A stretch of 32,000 bases of DNA from Candidatus Nanosynbacter sp. BB002 (GTDB lineage: Bacteria; Patescibacteriota; Saccharimonadia; Saccharimonadales; Saccharimonadaceae): contig NZ_CP146064.1 in assembly GCF_037013405.1 (NCBI RefSeq), forward strand, positions 510,001 through 542,000. Direction: 5' to 3'. A program made the position numbers and the translations under genes. This document shows positions 15,967-23,943 of the stretch, in pieces. The notes below the pieces were generated by a model. That model worked only from the letters and a program-made list of their open reading frames with translations, was not told where the DNA came from and did no database searches. Within the stretch, counting starts at the first letter, position 1; every line of letters starts with the position of its first letter.

Positions 15967-18479
15967 CAGACAAGCTCCGCGCCGTAAGTTTGTTGCATGG
16001 TCTGCTGGATCGATTCGATAATTGGCGTAATGTCGGAATCAACCAAGGTGCGCTGATGACTCGTGAAGACTAAGCGGAAGGTTAAGGTTTTTGTTGTCAC
16101 ATCGTTTGATGGCTGGTATATGGATACCGCATGAAAGGCCGCATCAATCTCCACCGTTTTGAGAATGCGATCAATGCCTTGAGCGACAGATGCATAATTG
16201 ATATTAGTTGGTAGTTTCAGCGAAATATCGCGACTGGTTGATGGATAGCGGCTGAGCGGTTGGTAATGACTACCGTGCTTGGCGTAGACGGCCTCTAGGC
16301 CAGCTGTATCCAAGCTGGCCGCAGCTACGTACGCTGGCAATTTGAAATTCTTGATGACTGGCTGTTTCAATTCTCCGACTATACCGATGAACTGCCCGTC
16401 AGTCGTCTCGACCAGTGCACTGCGTGATTGGTCAAACGGTGCCGTGACCGGAAACGCAAGTTCTTGTTCAATTGGCTTAAACACCAGTTCGGCACCAAGG
16501 TCATGTGCTAGCTGCTCAACCAAGCGACGAATTTTGTAAAATGGTGCACCCGCTCCCGGCTTTTTGGCGGCATAGACGATGTCGGTGAACTGACTAGCTT
16601 CTGGCAAACCATCTTCGCCTAAGCCGTGCATTTTGACATGGCCCTTACCCATTTCAAACAAGGAAAATTCATCATGCCCAGCCTTGATGTTAGCGTGAAC
16701 TTTGTCGAGCAAACTCGGCAGCACCGTCAAGCGGTAATATTGCAAATCAGGACTGAGGGCGTTTGATAATTTGTACGCCTGGCTAATGTCTTGCTCGGCG
16801 TTTTTCAGGATGCGTTCATGAACGAAGCTGTAGGTCAAGACTTCATTAGCGCCAGCACGCGACAGACTTTGACGAACGGCGTTTTTTAGCTCACGACGCA
16901 AGTTTTTCGGTGTTGATTTGATGCTACGACGCGGCAATTGGCGCGGCAATTTATCAAAGCCATACAGCCGGCCGACCTCTTCGACAATGTCCTCCGGTAG
17001 CTCAAGGTCGGTGCGCCAAAATGGCGATTGGATGCAAATATAATCCAATTCTTCTTCCGGACCATGACTCTTTATTTCCACGTTATTCAACAAGTCGCAA
17101 ATATCATCGCCAGATAAGTCCAAGCCCAATCTCTCATTGATAAATTTACTGTCGATATCAATATTAGCCGGCGTGTATTTTCCATCAAAATAATCGTCGA
17201 GCTCGTCACTAAATTGCTTCAAATCAAACACTTCGCTCGCCTGCACTCCACCCACCATGTTCATCAGCTGCTTCAGCACAGCAGCATTTTGGAGCGGCGA
17301 CTGACCCTTATTAAACCGCGTCAGCGCGTCGGTGAAAATACCATGTCGCATGGCGGTGCGGCGCAGCGCATACATGTCAAAATTAGCACATTCGAGGACG
17401 ATGTTTTTCGTGCCATCCGAAACCTCAGTATCAGCACCACCCATAATTCCCGCCAGGCCGATCACACCCTCGCCATCAGCGATGACGATGTCGTCCGTCG
17501 TCAGCTCATATTTCTTGCCATTCAGCAAGCTAACTTTCTCACCATCACGAGCCAGCCGCGCCTCAAGTTTATGTCCGCGTAATTTATCATAATCATAGGC
17601 GTGCGTTGGCTGTGCCGTTAGTAGCATGATATAATTCGTGGCATCGACAATGTTGTTAATCGGCTTGCCACCCATCGCCACCAATTTACATTGTAGCCAC
17701 AACGGGCTTGGACCCACGGTAACGTCACAAAACGCTACTGCCATGAACCGCGGCACTAATTCTGGCGCATCGTTCGCTACTGTTAGCTCCAGACCCTCAG
17801 CGCCAGCAAACTGCTGTTCTGACTTATACCACTCAGGGCTGGCAAACTGCTGATGAAAAATCCCAGCAATCTCGCGTGCCACGCCAAGCTGCCCAAAGCA
17901 GTCCGGCCGGTGCGTAAACATCTTATTTTCGATATCTAGCACATAGTCATCCAAACCAAACGTCTCAGCAAAACGAGCGCCCGCCGTGAGCTCAACACCC
18001 GCCGGCATGTCATGTTGGTGAATTTCAATAATTCCCTCGTGATCCGTACCAATCGCCAGCTCGTCTGCCGCCGCCAACATACCCTGACTGAGCACGCCAC
18101 GCAGTGGTCGTGCATCCAACACGAACGGCTCATCGTCATCAAAACTCGCCGGCACCGTACTTTTCGGCGGCAACCAAATCGCCCACATATCTGCATGTAC
18201 ATTTGGCGCGCCGCAGACCACCTGCACCAGACCATTGTCATCACGCGGCACATCCGCCACCGCACTGCCATCATCGATCTTGGCCACACTCAGACGATCA
18301 GCGTCAGGATGCTTGGCACATTCAACCACCCGGACAATTCGCGCGCCGCCATATTTAGCGCTGAGGTCGATCACTTCTTCGACGCCGCCGAGTTGCTGAT
18401 TGACCCGCGCCACCAACTCATCTACGGGAGGTAATTCAAAATTAATCAATTGTTTGATAAGGTTTAGGCTGACTTTCAT
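15966..18479 (-). CDS. pheT: phenylalanine--tRNA ligase beta subunit
   Basis: 837 aa. It has an N-terminal tRNA-binding OB domain (KHPDADRLSVAKIDDG...QVVCGAPN), followed by B3/4 and B5 regions and a C-terminal FDX-ACB-like domain. The length is typical of bacterial PheT. Confidence 0.9.
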   Translation of the reverse strand: MKVSLNLIKQLINFELPPVDELVARVNQQLGGVEEVIDLSAKYGGARIVRVVECAKHPDADRLSVAKIDDGSAVADVPRDDNGLVQVVCGAPNVHADMWAIWLPPKSTVPASFDDDEPFVLDARPLRGVLSQGMLAAADELAIGTDHEGIIEIHQHDMPAGVELTAGARFAETFGLDDYVLDIENKMFTHRPDCFGQLGVAREIAGIFHQQFASPEWYKSEQQFAGAEGLELTVANDAPELVPRFMAVAFCDVTVGPSPLWLQCKLVAMGGKPINNIVDATNYIMLLTAQPTHAYDYDKLRGHKLEARLARDGEKVSLLNGKKYELTTDDIVIADGEGVIGLAGIMGGADTEVSDGTKNIVLECANFDMYALRRTAMRHGIFTDALTRFNKGQSPLQNAAVLKQLMNMVGGVQASEVFDLKQFSDELDDYFDGKYTPANIDIDSKFINERLGLDLSGDDICDLLNNVEIKSHGPEEELDYICIQSPFWRTDLELPEDIVEEVGRLYGFDKLPRQLPRRSIKSTPKNLRRELKNAVRQSLSRAGANEVLTYSFVHERILKNAEQDISQAYKLSNALSPDLQYYRLTVLPSLLDKVHANIKAGHDEFSLFEMGKGHVKMHGLGEDGLPEASQFTDIVYAAKKPGAGAPFYKIRRLVEQLAHDLGAELVFKPIEQELAFPVTAPFDQSRSALVETTDGQFIGIVGELKQPVIKNFKLPAYVAAASLDTAGLEAVYAKHGSHYQPLSRYPSTSRDISLKLPTNINYASVAQGIDRILKTVEIDAAFHAVSIYQPSNDVTTKTLTFRLVFTSHQRTLVDSDITPIIESIQQTMQQTYGAELV

Positions 18480-18489
18480 ACTAGTTACT

Positions 18490-18498
18490 AGTATATCA
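18490..18498 (-). promoter_or_regulatory. extended -10 box (TGATATACT) upstream of pheT
   Basis: The minus strand reads TGATATACT. The hexamer ends 10 nt before ATG 18479 and there is no obvious SD. Confidence 0.45.
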
Positions 18499-18548
18499 TC
18501 TTATCTGTAACTATTCGACTTTTGTAGAGCCAAGCCGCAGGTCGGTAA

Positions 18549-19253
18549 TTATCGGTAATATTCTTTAGCTTTATATTTGGCAATGATGTCCTGCTGTTCG
18601 GACGTAAACCGCCTTGATTCGCGCATTTTTTGGTAAGCTTTATTGCGCGTCCAGGCATCAACATGTCCGTTTTCTAGTTCAGCCAGCGTCAGCTCAAAAA
18701 AGTTTACCGCCGCCGTGGCGTATAGCCAAGCCAACGCCATTTTGACATAGTAACCATCGTGCGTAATGTCACGTAGTACTGCAAAAACCTGATTGATATG
18801 CGCCTCATCCAGAAAATTAGTCATCAAAGAAACCACACCGTAGCGCACTGTAAATTCAGCCTCACTCTGCAAACATTCCAGTGCAAAATTCCACCACGAT
18901 TCACCGGCAAATCGTCGCTTTTTCTCAATAACAACGTCAATGTGCGCCCACGAATCAACGCGGGGCAAATATTGCTTGGTCAAATCAATCGCCGTCTGAT
19001 CATCGAGCCTAGCGTGCGTAATCAACAATCCACACAACAACACGTAGTCGAAAGATTCATCCTGAACCGTCAGCAGTTCACTAATATCCGCTGCGCTCAT
19101 ATCAGGCGCTAACTCCCTCGCCAAGCGCCGCAAATCCGGCACCCGTATACCGATGACCGGCATCTCGGTATTGACGATACGCTTGTTAAACTCAGCGTAC
19201 GTCTCATTACCCTCAGCAAGCTTTGCCAGCTTTGTTACAATGTCATCATACAT
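18549..19253 (-). CDS. DNA alkylation repair protein (AlkC/AlkD-like HEAT-repeat family)
   Basis: 234 aa and all-helical. The pattern ...YAEFNKRIVNTEMPVIGIRVPDLRRLAREL...SWAHIDVV...ALAWLYATA...WTRNKAYQKMRESRR resembles the DNA alkylation repair enzyme family. The call rests on recall of that family pattern only. Confidence 0.6.
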   Translation of the reverse strand: MYDDIVTKLAKLAEGNETYAEFNKRIVNTEMPVIGIRVPDLRRLARELAPDMSAADISELLTVQDESFDYVLLCGLLITHARLDDQTAIDLTKQYLPRVDSWAHIDVVIEKKRRFAGESWWNFALECLQSEAEFTVRYGVVSLMTNFLDEAHINQVFAVLRDITHDGYYVKMALAWLYATAAVNFFELTLAELENGHVDAWTRNKAYQKMRESRRFTSEQQDIIAKYKAKEYYR

Positions 19254-19345
19254 ATCGCTATTAGCCTTCGTGCTTAATTAATATAGACCAGCGCAATACC
19301 TAGTCATATTATTTATTCTACATTATTCCCATATTCATAAATATA

Positions 19346-19354
19346 TGATATAAT
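19346..19354 (+). promoter_or_regulatory. extended -10 box (TGATATAAT), leaderless geometry
   Basis: TGATATAAT, with the hexamer ending 7 nt before ATG 19362. There is no SD and the upstream region is AT-rich. Confidence 0.5.
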
Positions 19355-19361
19355 ATATAAG

Positions 19362-20405
19362 ATGCATCGGAAGCCTTCTTGCGAGACGTTGGCTCGCGCT
19401 CATCAACAGATACTCACGCAAACAGTGGGTGATTTTCTACAGCACGCACACACAGCTGATATTCAGCCAGATGCAGCCACCGTTTTTGTGCATGATGAAT
19501 GCAATCCTGATTCGATTGGGGCAATCGCTACCGCATGCTCACCGCAAGCTCCGACTGACGGCCGATTTGATTTTCAAAAAGCACATATCACAGGGCACCG
19601 CGTTGATGGGTCGTCAGTTGCTGGACGTGTCATTGAAGGCAATCAAGACGACATTACTCTAACTGAGAGTGCGATGAATCCTGATCATCGCGTCCTCAAC
19701 TTGCCGCTGCCCGACCAACACGCCGTTCTGCAAGCTGCTTTCACCAAAGACCGTGCGCCAACTAAACGTCAGCTGGGCAAACTAGAAACACTATGGCGAT
19801 ATGACAGAACCAAAACTGCACTCAGTGTTGGCATCACAGCACTGCAAGCATTGGCGAGAGCATCATACCCCACTCAGTCAGTCGCCGACATGCTAGCCCT
19901 CAAATCACCCACCACACCGAACGCAATCCTCACCACGTGGGATGTGTCGGACTCAACCAGGGAGATGGCGCGTGATAATGGAAAACTGCGCTCATTCATC
20001 GTTTGGTTTGGTAGCCAAGCAATCACTGCTGTGCAACGTTATGGCGGCGAGCTGATCGACTGGACAGGCGACGGGCAGAATCTTGCAGTGCCACTACCGC
20101 AGAGCAACGCGCGTTTCTCACGTGAGCAGCGGGCTGATTTTGGTCACAAAACGCTCATCCCGCTACTCAGTCATCTCACCGACATCGCCAAATCACAGGA
20201 TGAATATACGGTTCGACTGACCGCCGGTTTTGGCCGACTCGACAATCTCCCTGGTGGAAAAATGAGCCCACAGCTCTTTGGCATGACGAAATTATCCAAG
20301 CGTCAGCCACGTGACCGATTGTCAATCGCCTTGACTGGCGAATCCTATGATATGCTCGCGCCTAATTTACCCGACACATTGCAGCACCACTTGTACCACA
20401 ATTAA
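19362..20405 (+). CDS. hypothetical protein, 347 aa; C-terminal half weakly resembles a class III nucleotidyl-cyclase fold
   Basis: Single ORF between oppositely oriented neighbours. ILTTWDVSDST, GGELIDWTGDGQNLAV and VRLTAGFGRLD loosely parallel the cyclase beta1 (F-D-x-G-x-T), GGxxxKxxGDG and V-R-I-G-x-H-x-G motifs. The N-terminal roughly 190 aa are unrecognised. Confidence 0.5.
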   Translation: MHRKPSCETLARAHQQILTQTVGDFLQHAHTADIQPDAATVFVHDECNPDSIGAIATACSPQAPTDGRFDFQKAHITGHRVDGSSVAGRVIEGNQDDITLTESAMNPDHRVLNLPLPDQHAVLQAAFTKDRAPTKRQLGKLETLWRYDRTKTALSVGITALQALARASYPTQSVADMLALKSPTTPNAILTTWDVSDSTREMARDNGKLRSFIVWFGSQAITAVQRYGGELIDWTGDGQNLAVPLPQSNARFSREQRADFGHKTLIPLLSHLTDIAKSQDEYTVRLTAGFGRLDNLPGGKMSPQLFGMTKLSKRQPRDRLSIALTGESYDMLAPNLPDTLQHHLYHN

Positions 20406-20421
20406 ACCCTAGTTACCCCTT

Positions 20422-21063
20422 TTATTTTTTCTTACTGAGTTGAAGCTTCTTATCCTTCAGCTTCAATACTACATCCGCTTGCTTGGCCAGCTGTTTACTA
20501 TGAGTGACGACGATGACACATTTGTCGTTTTTGTGGGCGGCCCGGCGCAGGATGTTGATAATGTCGGCAGCGGTGGTTTCGTCCAGGTTACCAGTTGGCT
20601 CGTCCGCCAAGATAATCGGTGCGGAGGATACCAGCGCTCGCCCGATCGCCACGCGTTGTTGCTGACCGCCAGAAAGTTTCATGACGTTGCGATTGATATG
20701 ATCGTCGTCCAGTCCCATGGCGTGCAACGTTTCGTTGGTAGCCTTCGGATTAACTAATTTCAAGTTTTCCAGCGGCGTCAAGTAGTCGATCAGGTTATAA
20801 TTCTGAAATACCAGTGAGATATTGTGTTTGCGATGATGCGAGTAGCCCTGCTCGGCGATGTCTTGATCATCGAACAAAATCTGCCCGCCAGTCGGTGTGT
20901 CTAGCCCCGCTAGCAGTCCCAGCAGTGTCGACTTGCCGGCGCCAGAACTACCGACGATGGCGTAGAATTTGCCTTTTTCAAACTGATAATTGATGCCGTT
21001 GAGCACATTGCTAGTGCCGTCGGCGTATGAGTAAATGATATCGCGTAACGTAAGTATTGACAT
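20422..21063 (-). CDS. ABC transporter ATP-binding protein (MacB/LolD-like)
   Basis: 213 aa. Walker A is GSSGAGKSTLL, the signature is LSGGQQQRVAIGRAL and Walker B is ILADEPTGNLD. Confidence 0.9.
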   Translation of the reverse strand: MSILTLRDIIYSYADGTSNVLNGINYQFEKGKFYAIVGSSGAGKSTLLGLLAGLDTPTGGQILFDDQDIAEQGYSHHRKHNISLVFQNYNLIDYLTPLENLKLVNPKATNETLHAMGLDDDHINRNVMKLSGGQQQRVAIGRALVSSAPIILADEPTGNLDETTAADIINILRRAAHKNDKCVIVVTHSKQLAKQADVVLKLKDKKLQLSKKK

Positions 21064-21071
21064 AATAACTC

Positions 21072-22313
21072 CTAACTTAATTTTGCTAAAATTTGCTTTG
21101 GTGATTGGCGCATAATTGGCGCGGTGGCAGCGGTGGCTGATAGCAGAACGACCATGTAGCCGAAGGCGAAAGCCTCTAGGTAGGTCGCCACTGGCGCGGC
21201 GTGCACCGCAGTCTTTTCTGTGCGCTGGCTTTGGTCGGTTTGCGCTGTCAGGGCAGTAGAAATTTGCGATGAGGCGACCGAGCCAATGGCGAGCGCGAAC
21301 ACCGAACTAACTAGAGCGATGATGGCCAGCTCTGCCAAGAACTGCCCGATAATCTGCCGCTTCGACGTGCCGATAGACAGCAAGATGCCAATTTCATGCA
21401 AGCGGCCGCGCACCCAGAACACCAGCACCAGTGACAGTACCGCCAACCCCGCTGCGGCTGCGCCGATGGTGGCAATCGTCAAAATATTTTGAATGCCAGC
21501 GATGTTTTGGAGAACTCCAGCGAACACGGCCCCGTTGTCAGTCAGGCTGAATTTCTGCCAATCGACGTTTGGTAAACTTTTGACGTGGTCCGTTAACGAC
21601 TTCAGCTGATGCGGATTTTCGGCGAAATACGTCGCTCGAGTCAACTGCTGGCTACCCGTCAGCTGCTGCGCCACAGCTAAGTTGGTTATGACATGATTCT
21701 CCGCCATGTCGGACTGTAAGACCGCTGGCTTTTCGCCTTTGCCGCTGAAGATACCAGCGACAGTCACCGTCACCCGCCGGCCGTCTTTGGTGATGTCCAG
21801 CTTGTCGCCTGGCTTGATATTATTTTTCTCAGCGAACGTTTTGTGAATCAGGGCCGCGTTTTGATCGTGCTCGGTCAAATGCTTGCCCTGCTCCAGTTGG
21901 TAAAATTTACCAGTGAACTCGCTAAGCAGATTACTCTGTGTGGCGCCCGTCACCTTCGCTTCGCCAGCAATCCCAGCGTCCAGCTGCACACCGCCGCCTG
22001 CCGTGTCGATTAATTGCTTGCCCGGCAGTCCCGCGGTGGTCTCTGTCTGGAAATTGTGCGCTTTGACGCCATGTGCACGCTGCACCTGTCGTGCCATTTC
22101 CATCGGCACCTCGCCCGATGACTGCTTGCTGGCGATACTAAAGCCAGCGCGGATGTTCCGCTCGACCGATTGCTTCAGCTGCGCCATCGTCTGCTGCACT
22201 GTCAGCGTACCGATCAGCAGCGTGAAAATCAGCGTCATGATCAGGGCGATGGTCAGGCTGCGACGCCGCCGCCGCGCCACAGCCGTCCAGGCTCGTTTGA
22301 TAATCGTCATCAT
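21072..22313 (-). CDS. ABC transporter permease, FtsX/MacB-type (4 TM, large extracytoplasmic domain)
   Basis: 413 aa. TM1 lies near the N-terminus (LTIALIMTLIFTLLIGTL), followed by a soluble loop of about 230 aa. The C-terminal FtsX module has three TMs and RGRLHEIGILLSIGTSKRQI. Confidence 0.85.
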   Translation of the reverse strand: MMTIIKRAWTAVARRRRRSLTIALIMTLIFTLLIGTLTVQQTMAQLKQSVERNIRAGFSIASKQSSGEVPMEMARQVQRAHGVKAHNFQTETTAGLPGKQLIDTAGGGVQLDAGIAGEAKVTGATQSNLLSEFTGKFYQLEQGKHLTEHDQNAALIHKTFAEKNNIKPGDKLDITKDGRRVTVTVAGIFSGKGEKPAVLQSDMAENHVITNLAVAQQLTGSQQLTRATYFAENPHQLKSLTDHVKSLPNVDWQKFSLTDNGAVFAGVLQNIAGIQNILTIATIGAAAAGLAVLSLVLVFWVRGRLHEIGILLSIGTSKRQIIGQFLAELAIIALVSSVFALAIGSVASSQISTALTAQTDQSQRTEKTAVHAAPVATYLEAFAFGYMVVLLSATAATAPIMRQSPKQILAKLS

Positions 22314-22319
22314 TCGCCC

Positions 22320-23702
22320 CTAGTCCACTTCAGTTAGTAATTCTTTTGGCGTTGATTGGGTAATCGGCCGCGAAGCCAGCAGCACTGCAATGATAATCAC
22401 CGCCAGTCCAGCGCCCCACACTGCCAGCAGATCTGTCGGTTGTACACCAACCGTCACCTTTTCTAGCGTGCGCGATGACGTCACCGAGTCAGCGTCAGCA
22501 CCGAGCGATGCACCATTGAGGGAACTGCCAGCTTGACGTGTGGCATTCTGCGCCGCCTGCGACACCACGTGATCGCCCATTTGTTGAGCAATCAGCCCTG
22601 CAGTAAAGTACGACGCACCGAAGCTCAGCACCGCGATCATCACCAGCTCAGCGATGTATTGCAGTACAATCTTTGACTGCGGCACACCCGTCGCCAAGAG
22701 TACGCCCGCTTCGCGCTTGCGTTCGTTCATCCACAAGTACAGCACCATGCCGATCACCGCCACACTAACCAGCGCCGTCGCCCACAACATACCGTCGATC
22801 AGACCGTACACACCGTTCACTGCGCCAGTTACGCCAGCCAGTTCCTGGTTATTCTTATTCAATTGATACTTTTGCCAATTGACCGGCAATTTATTTGCCC
22901 GTGCCATCACCTCATCCAACTGTTTGGTGCCCTTGGTGAAGAACGTAGCGTCCTGGTAAATCTCATTTTGCTCGGTATAGGCATTCAGCTGGCGGGTTGT
23001 CGTGAGGTCAGTCAAGAACAAATTCTCGAACAGCTCCACCTGATAGGTCGCCTGCTTTGGGTTTTTGCCGGTAAATATACCGACGATTTCTACCTCGACC
23101 TCGTCCTTGGATGGATGCTCGTTATCGGTGTCGTATTGATTGGCCCTTAACTTAATTTTGCTACCAAGCTTCAGGTTGTTGGCCTTGGCGAAAGCTTCGT
23201 GCACCAAAATCTTGTGCGAATCGTTCTCGGTGATGTGCCGGCCAGCGATGAGCTTGAGCGACTCAGCCCGGAACTTTTTCTCGGACTCAGATTTATTAAC
23301 ACCGATGATGGTAGCGGCGTTACCAAACTGTTTATCTTTCTCGGCATCATAACCGCTGCCGCCACTCGGTAGTGGCACTAGCTTGGTATTGATAAAATCG
23401 ACCGTGGCGTTCTGGCGCTTGACATAGTCCGTCACACCCCCCAGATTCTTCACCGCGTCGATGTCTTTGTTTGACACCGTTCCCGAACCGCGGGCGGTTC
23501 CTGGATTGGTGCGCGGATTATTGCCCAGCGTGAAGCCGGCCTTGAGCGTTTTGTCCAGCGACTGCGCCGCCGCGTCGGTCGAATGCTTAATGGCAAATCC
23601 ACTCAGCATAATCGTCGACATACACAGCAAAATCGCCAGCAAAATCAGCGTTTTGAGTTTTTTCCTGGTGATGTAGAGCCAGGCACGTTGTACAAATGAC
23701 AT
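22320..23702 (-). CDS. ABC transporter permease, FtsX/MacB-type paralog
   Basis: 460 aa with the same architecture: TM1 LILLAILLCMSTIMLSGFAI, a large loop and NERKREAGVLLATGVPQSKI in the FtsX module. SD AAAGGAG precedes the ATG. Confidence 0.85.
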   Translation of the reverse strand: MSFVQRAWLYITRKKLKTLILLAILLCMSTIMLSGFAIKHSTDAAAQSLDKTLKAGFTLGNNPRTNPGTARGSGTVSNKDIDAVKNLGGVTDYVKRQNATVDFINTKLVPLPSGGSGYDAEKDKQFGNAATIIGVNKSESEKKFRAESLKLIAGRHITENDSHKILVHEAFAKANNLKLGSKIKLRANQYDTDNEHPSKDEVEVEIVGIFTGKNPKQATYQVELFENLFLTDLTTTRQLNAYTEQNEIYQDATFFTKGTKQLDEVMARANKLPVNWQKYQLNKNNQELAGVTGAVNGVYGLIDGMLWATALVSVAVIGMVLYLWMNERKREAGVLLATGVPQSKIVLQYIAELVMIAVLSFGASYFTAGLIAQQMGDHVVSQAAQNATRQAGSSLNGASLGADADSVTSSRTLEKVTVGVQPTDLLAVWGAGLAVIIIAVLLASRPITQSTPKELLTEVD

Positions 23703-23727
23703 AGATCTCCTTTCTTGGTTCTATGTC

Positions 23728-23736
23728 AGTGTAGCA
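23728..23736 (-). promoter_or_regulatory. extended -10 box (TGCTACACT) for the permease-permease-ATPase operon
   Basis: The minus strand reads TGCTACACT, about 25 nt upstream of ATG 23702, with AAAGGAG between them. No good -35 element is visible. Confidence 0.4.
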
Positions 23737-23798
23737 AGGGTATGTGAAGGGAATGTGAAATGGGTGAGGTTGTATAAATTTAACCTCCCATCTCTCAT

Positions 23799-23812
23799 AG
23801 ATATCAGATATC
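23799..23812. repeat. tandem AGATATC-AGATATC repeat (two GATATC palindromes)
   Basis: An exact 7-nt unit repeated head-to-tail, about 65-85 nt upstream of the putative ABC-operon -10 box. Confidence 0.6.
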
Positions 23813-23820
23813 TCTTCCAA

Positions 23821-23873
23821 GAAAAATAGGCTAGTTGTTCGATACCTTAAGTCAGGTATCAGTGACACTAGCC
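23821..23873 (-). terminator. intrinsic terminator of the GNAT-ASCH gene
   Basis: On the minus strand, GGCTAGT...ACTAGCC forms a 7-bp outer stem. It encloses the hairpin GATACCT-GACTTA-AGGTATC and is followed by TATTTTT. There is no U-tract in the plus orientation. Confidence 0.6.
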
Positions 23874-23943
23874 CAAGTCACTCGCATTTGTTCAGATGGA
23901 TTTCTCCAATCTAGGGGATGCGCACCCCAATCTGTTGTCCTAT

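Noticed and set aside
17936-18434. 117-aa and 140-aa ORFs inside pheT
   Set aside because: These are shadow ORFs within a confidently identified 837-aa gene. They have Trp/Arg/Met-rich nonsense-like composition.
23587-23868. 93-aa ORF and tiny ORFs upstream of the ABC operon, considered as a possible bacteriocin or peptide substrate gene
   Set aside because: The 93-aa ORF overlaps the permease start out of frame. The small intergenic ORFs (for example a 25-aa MRDGRLNLYNL...) lack an SD and any leader-peptide features.
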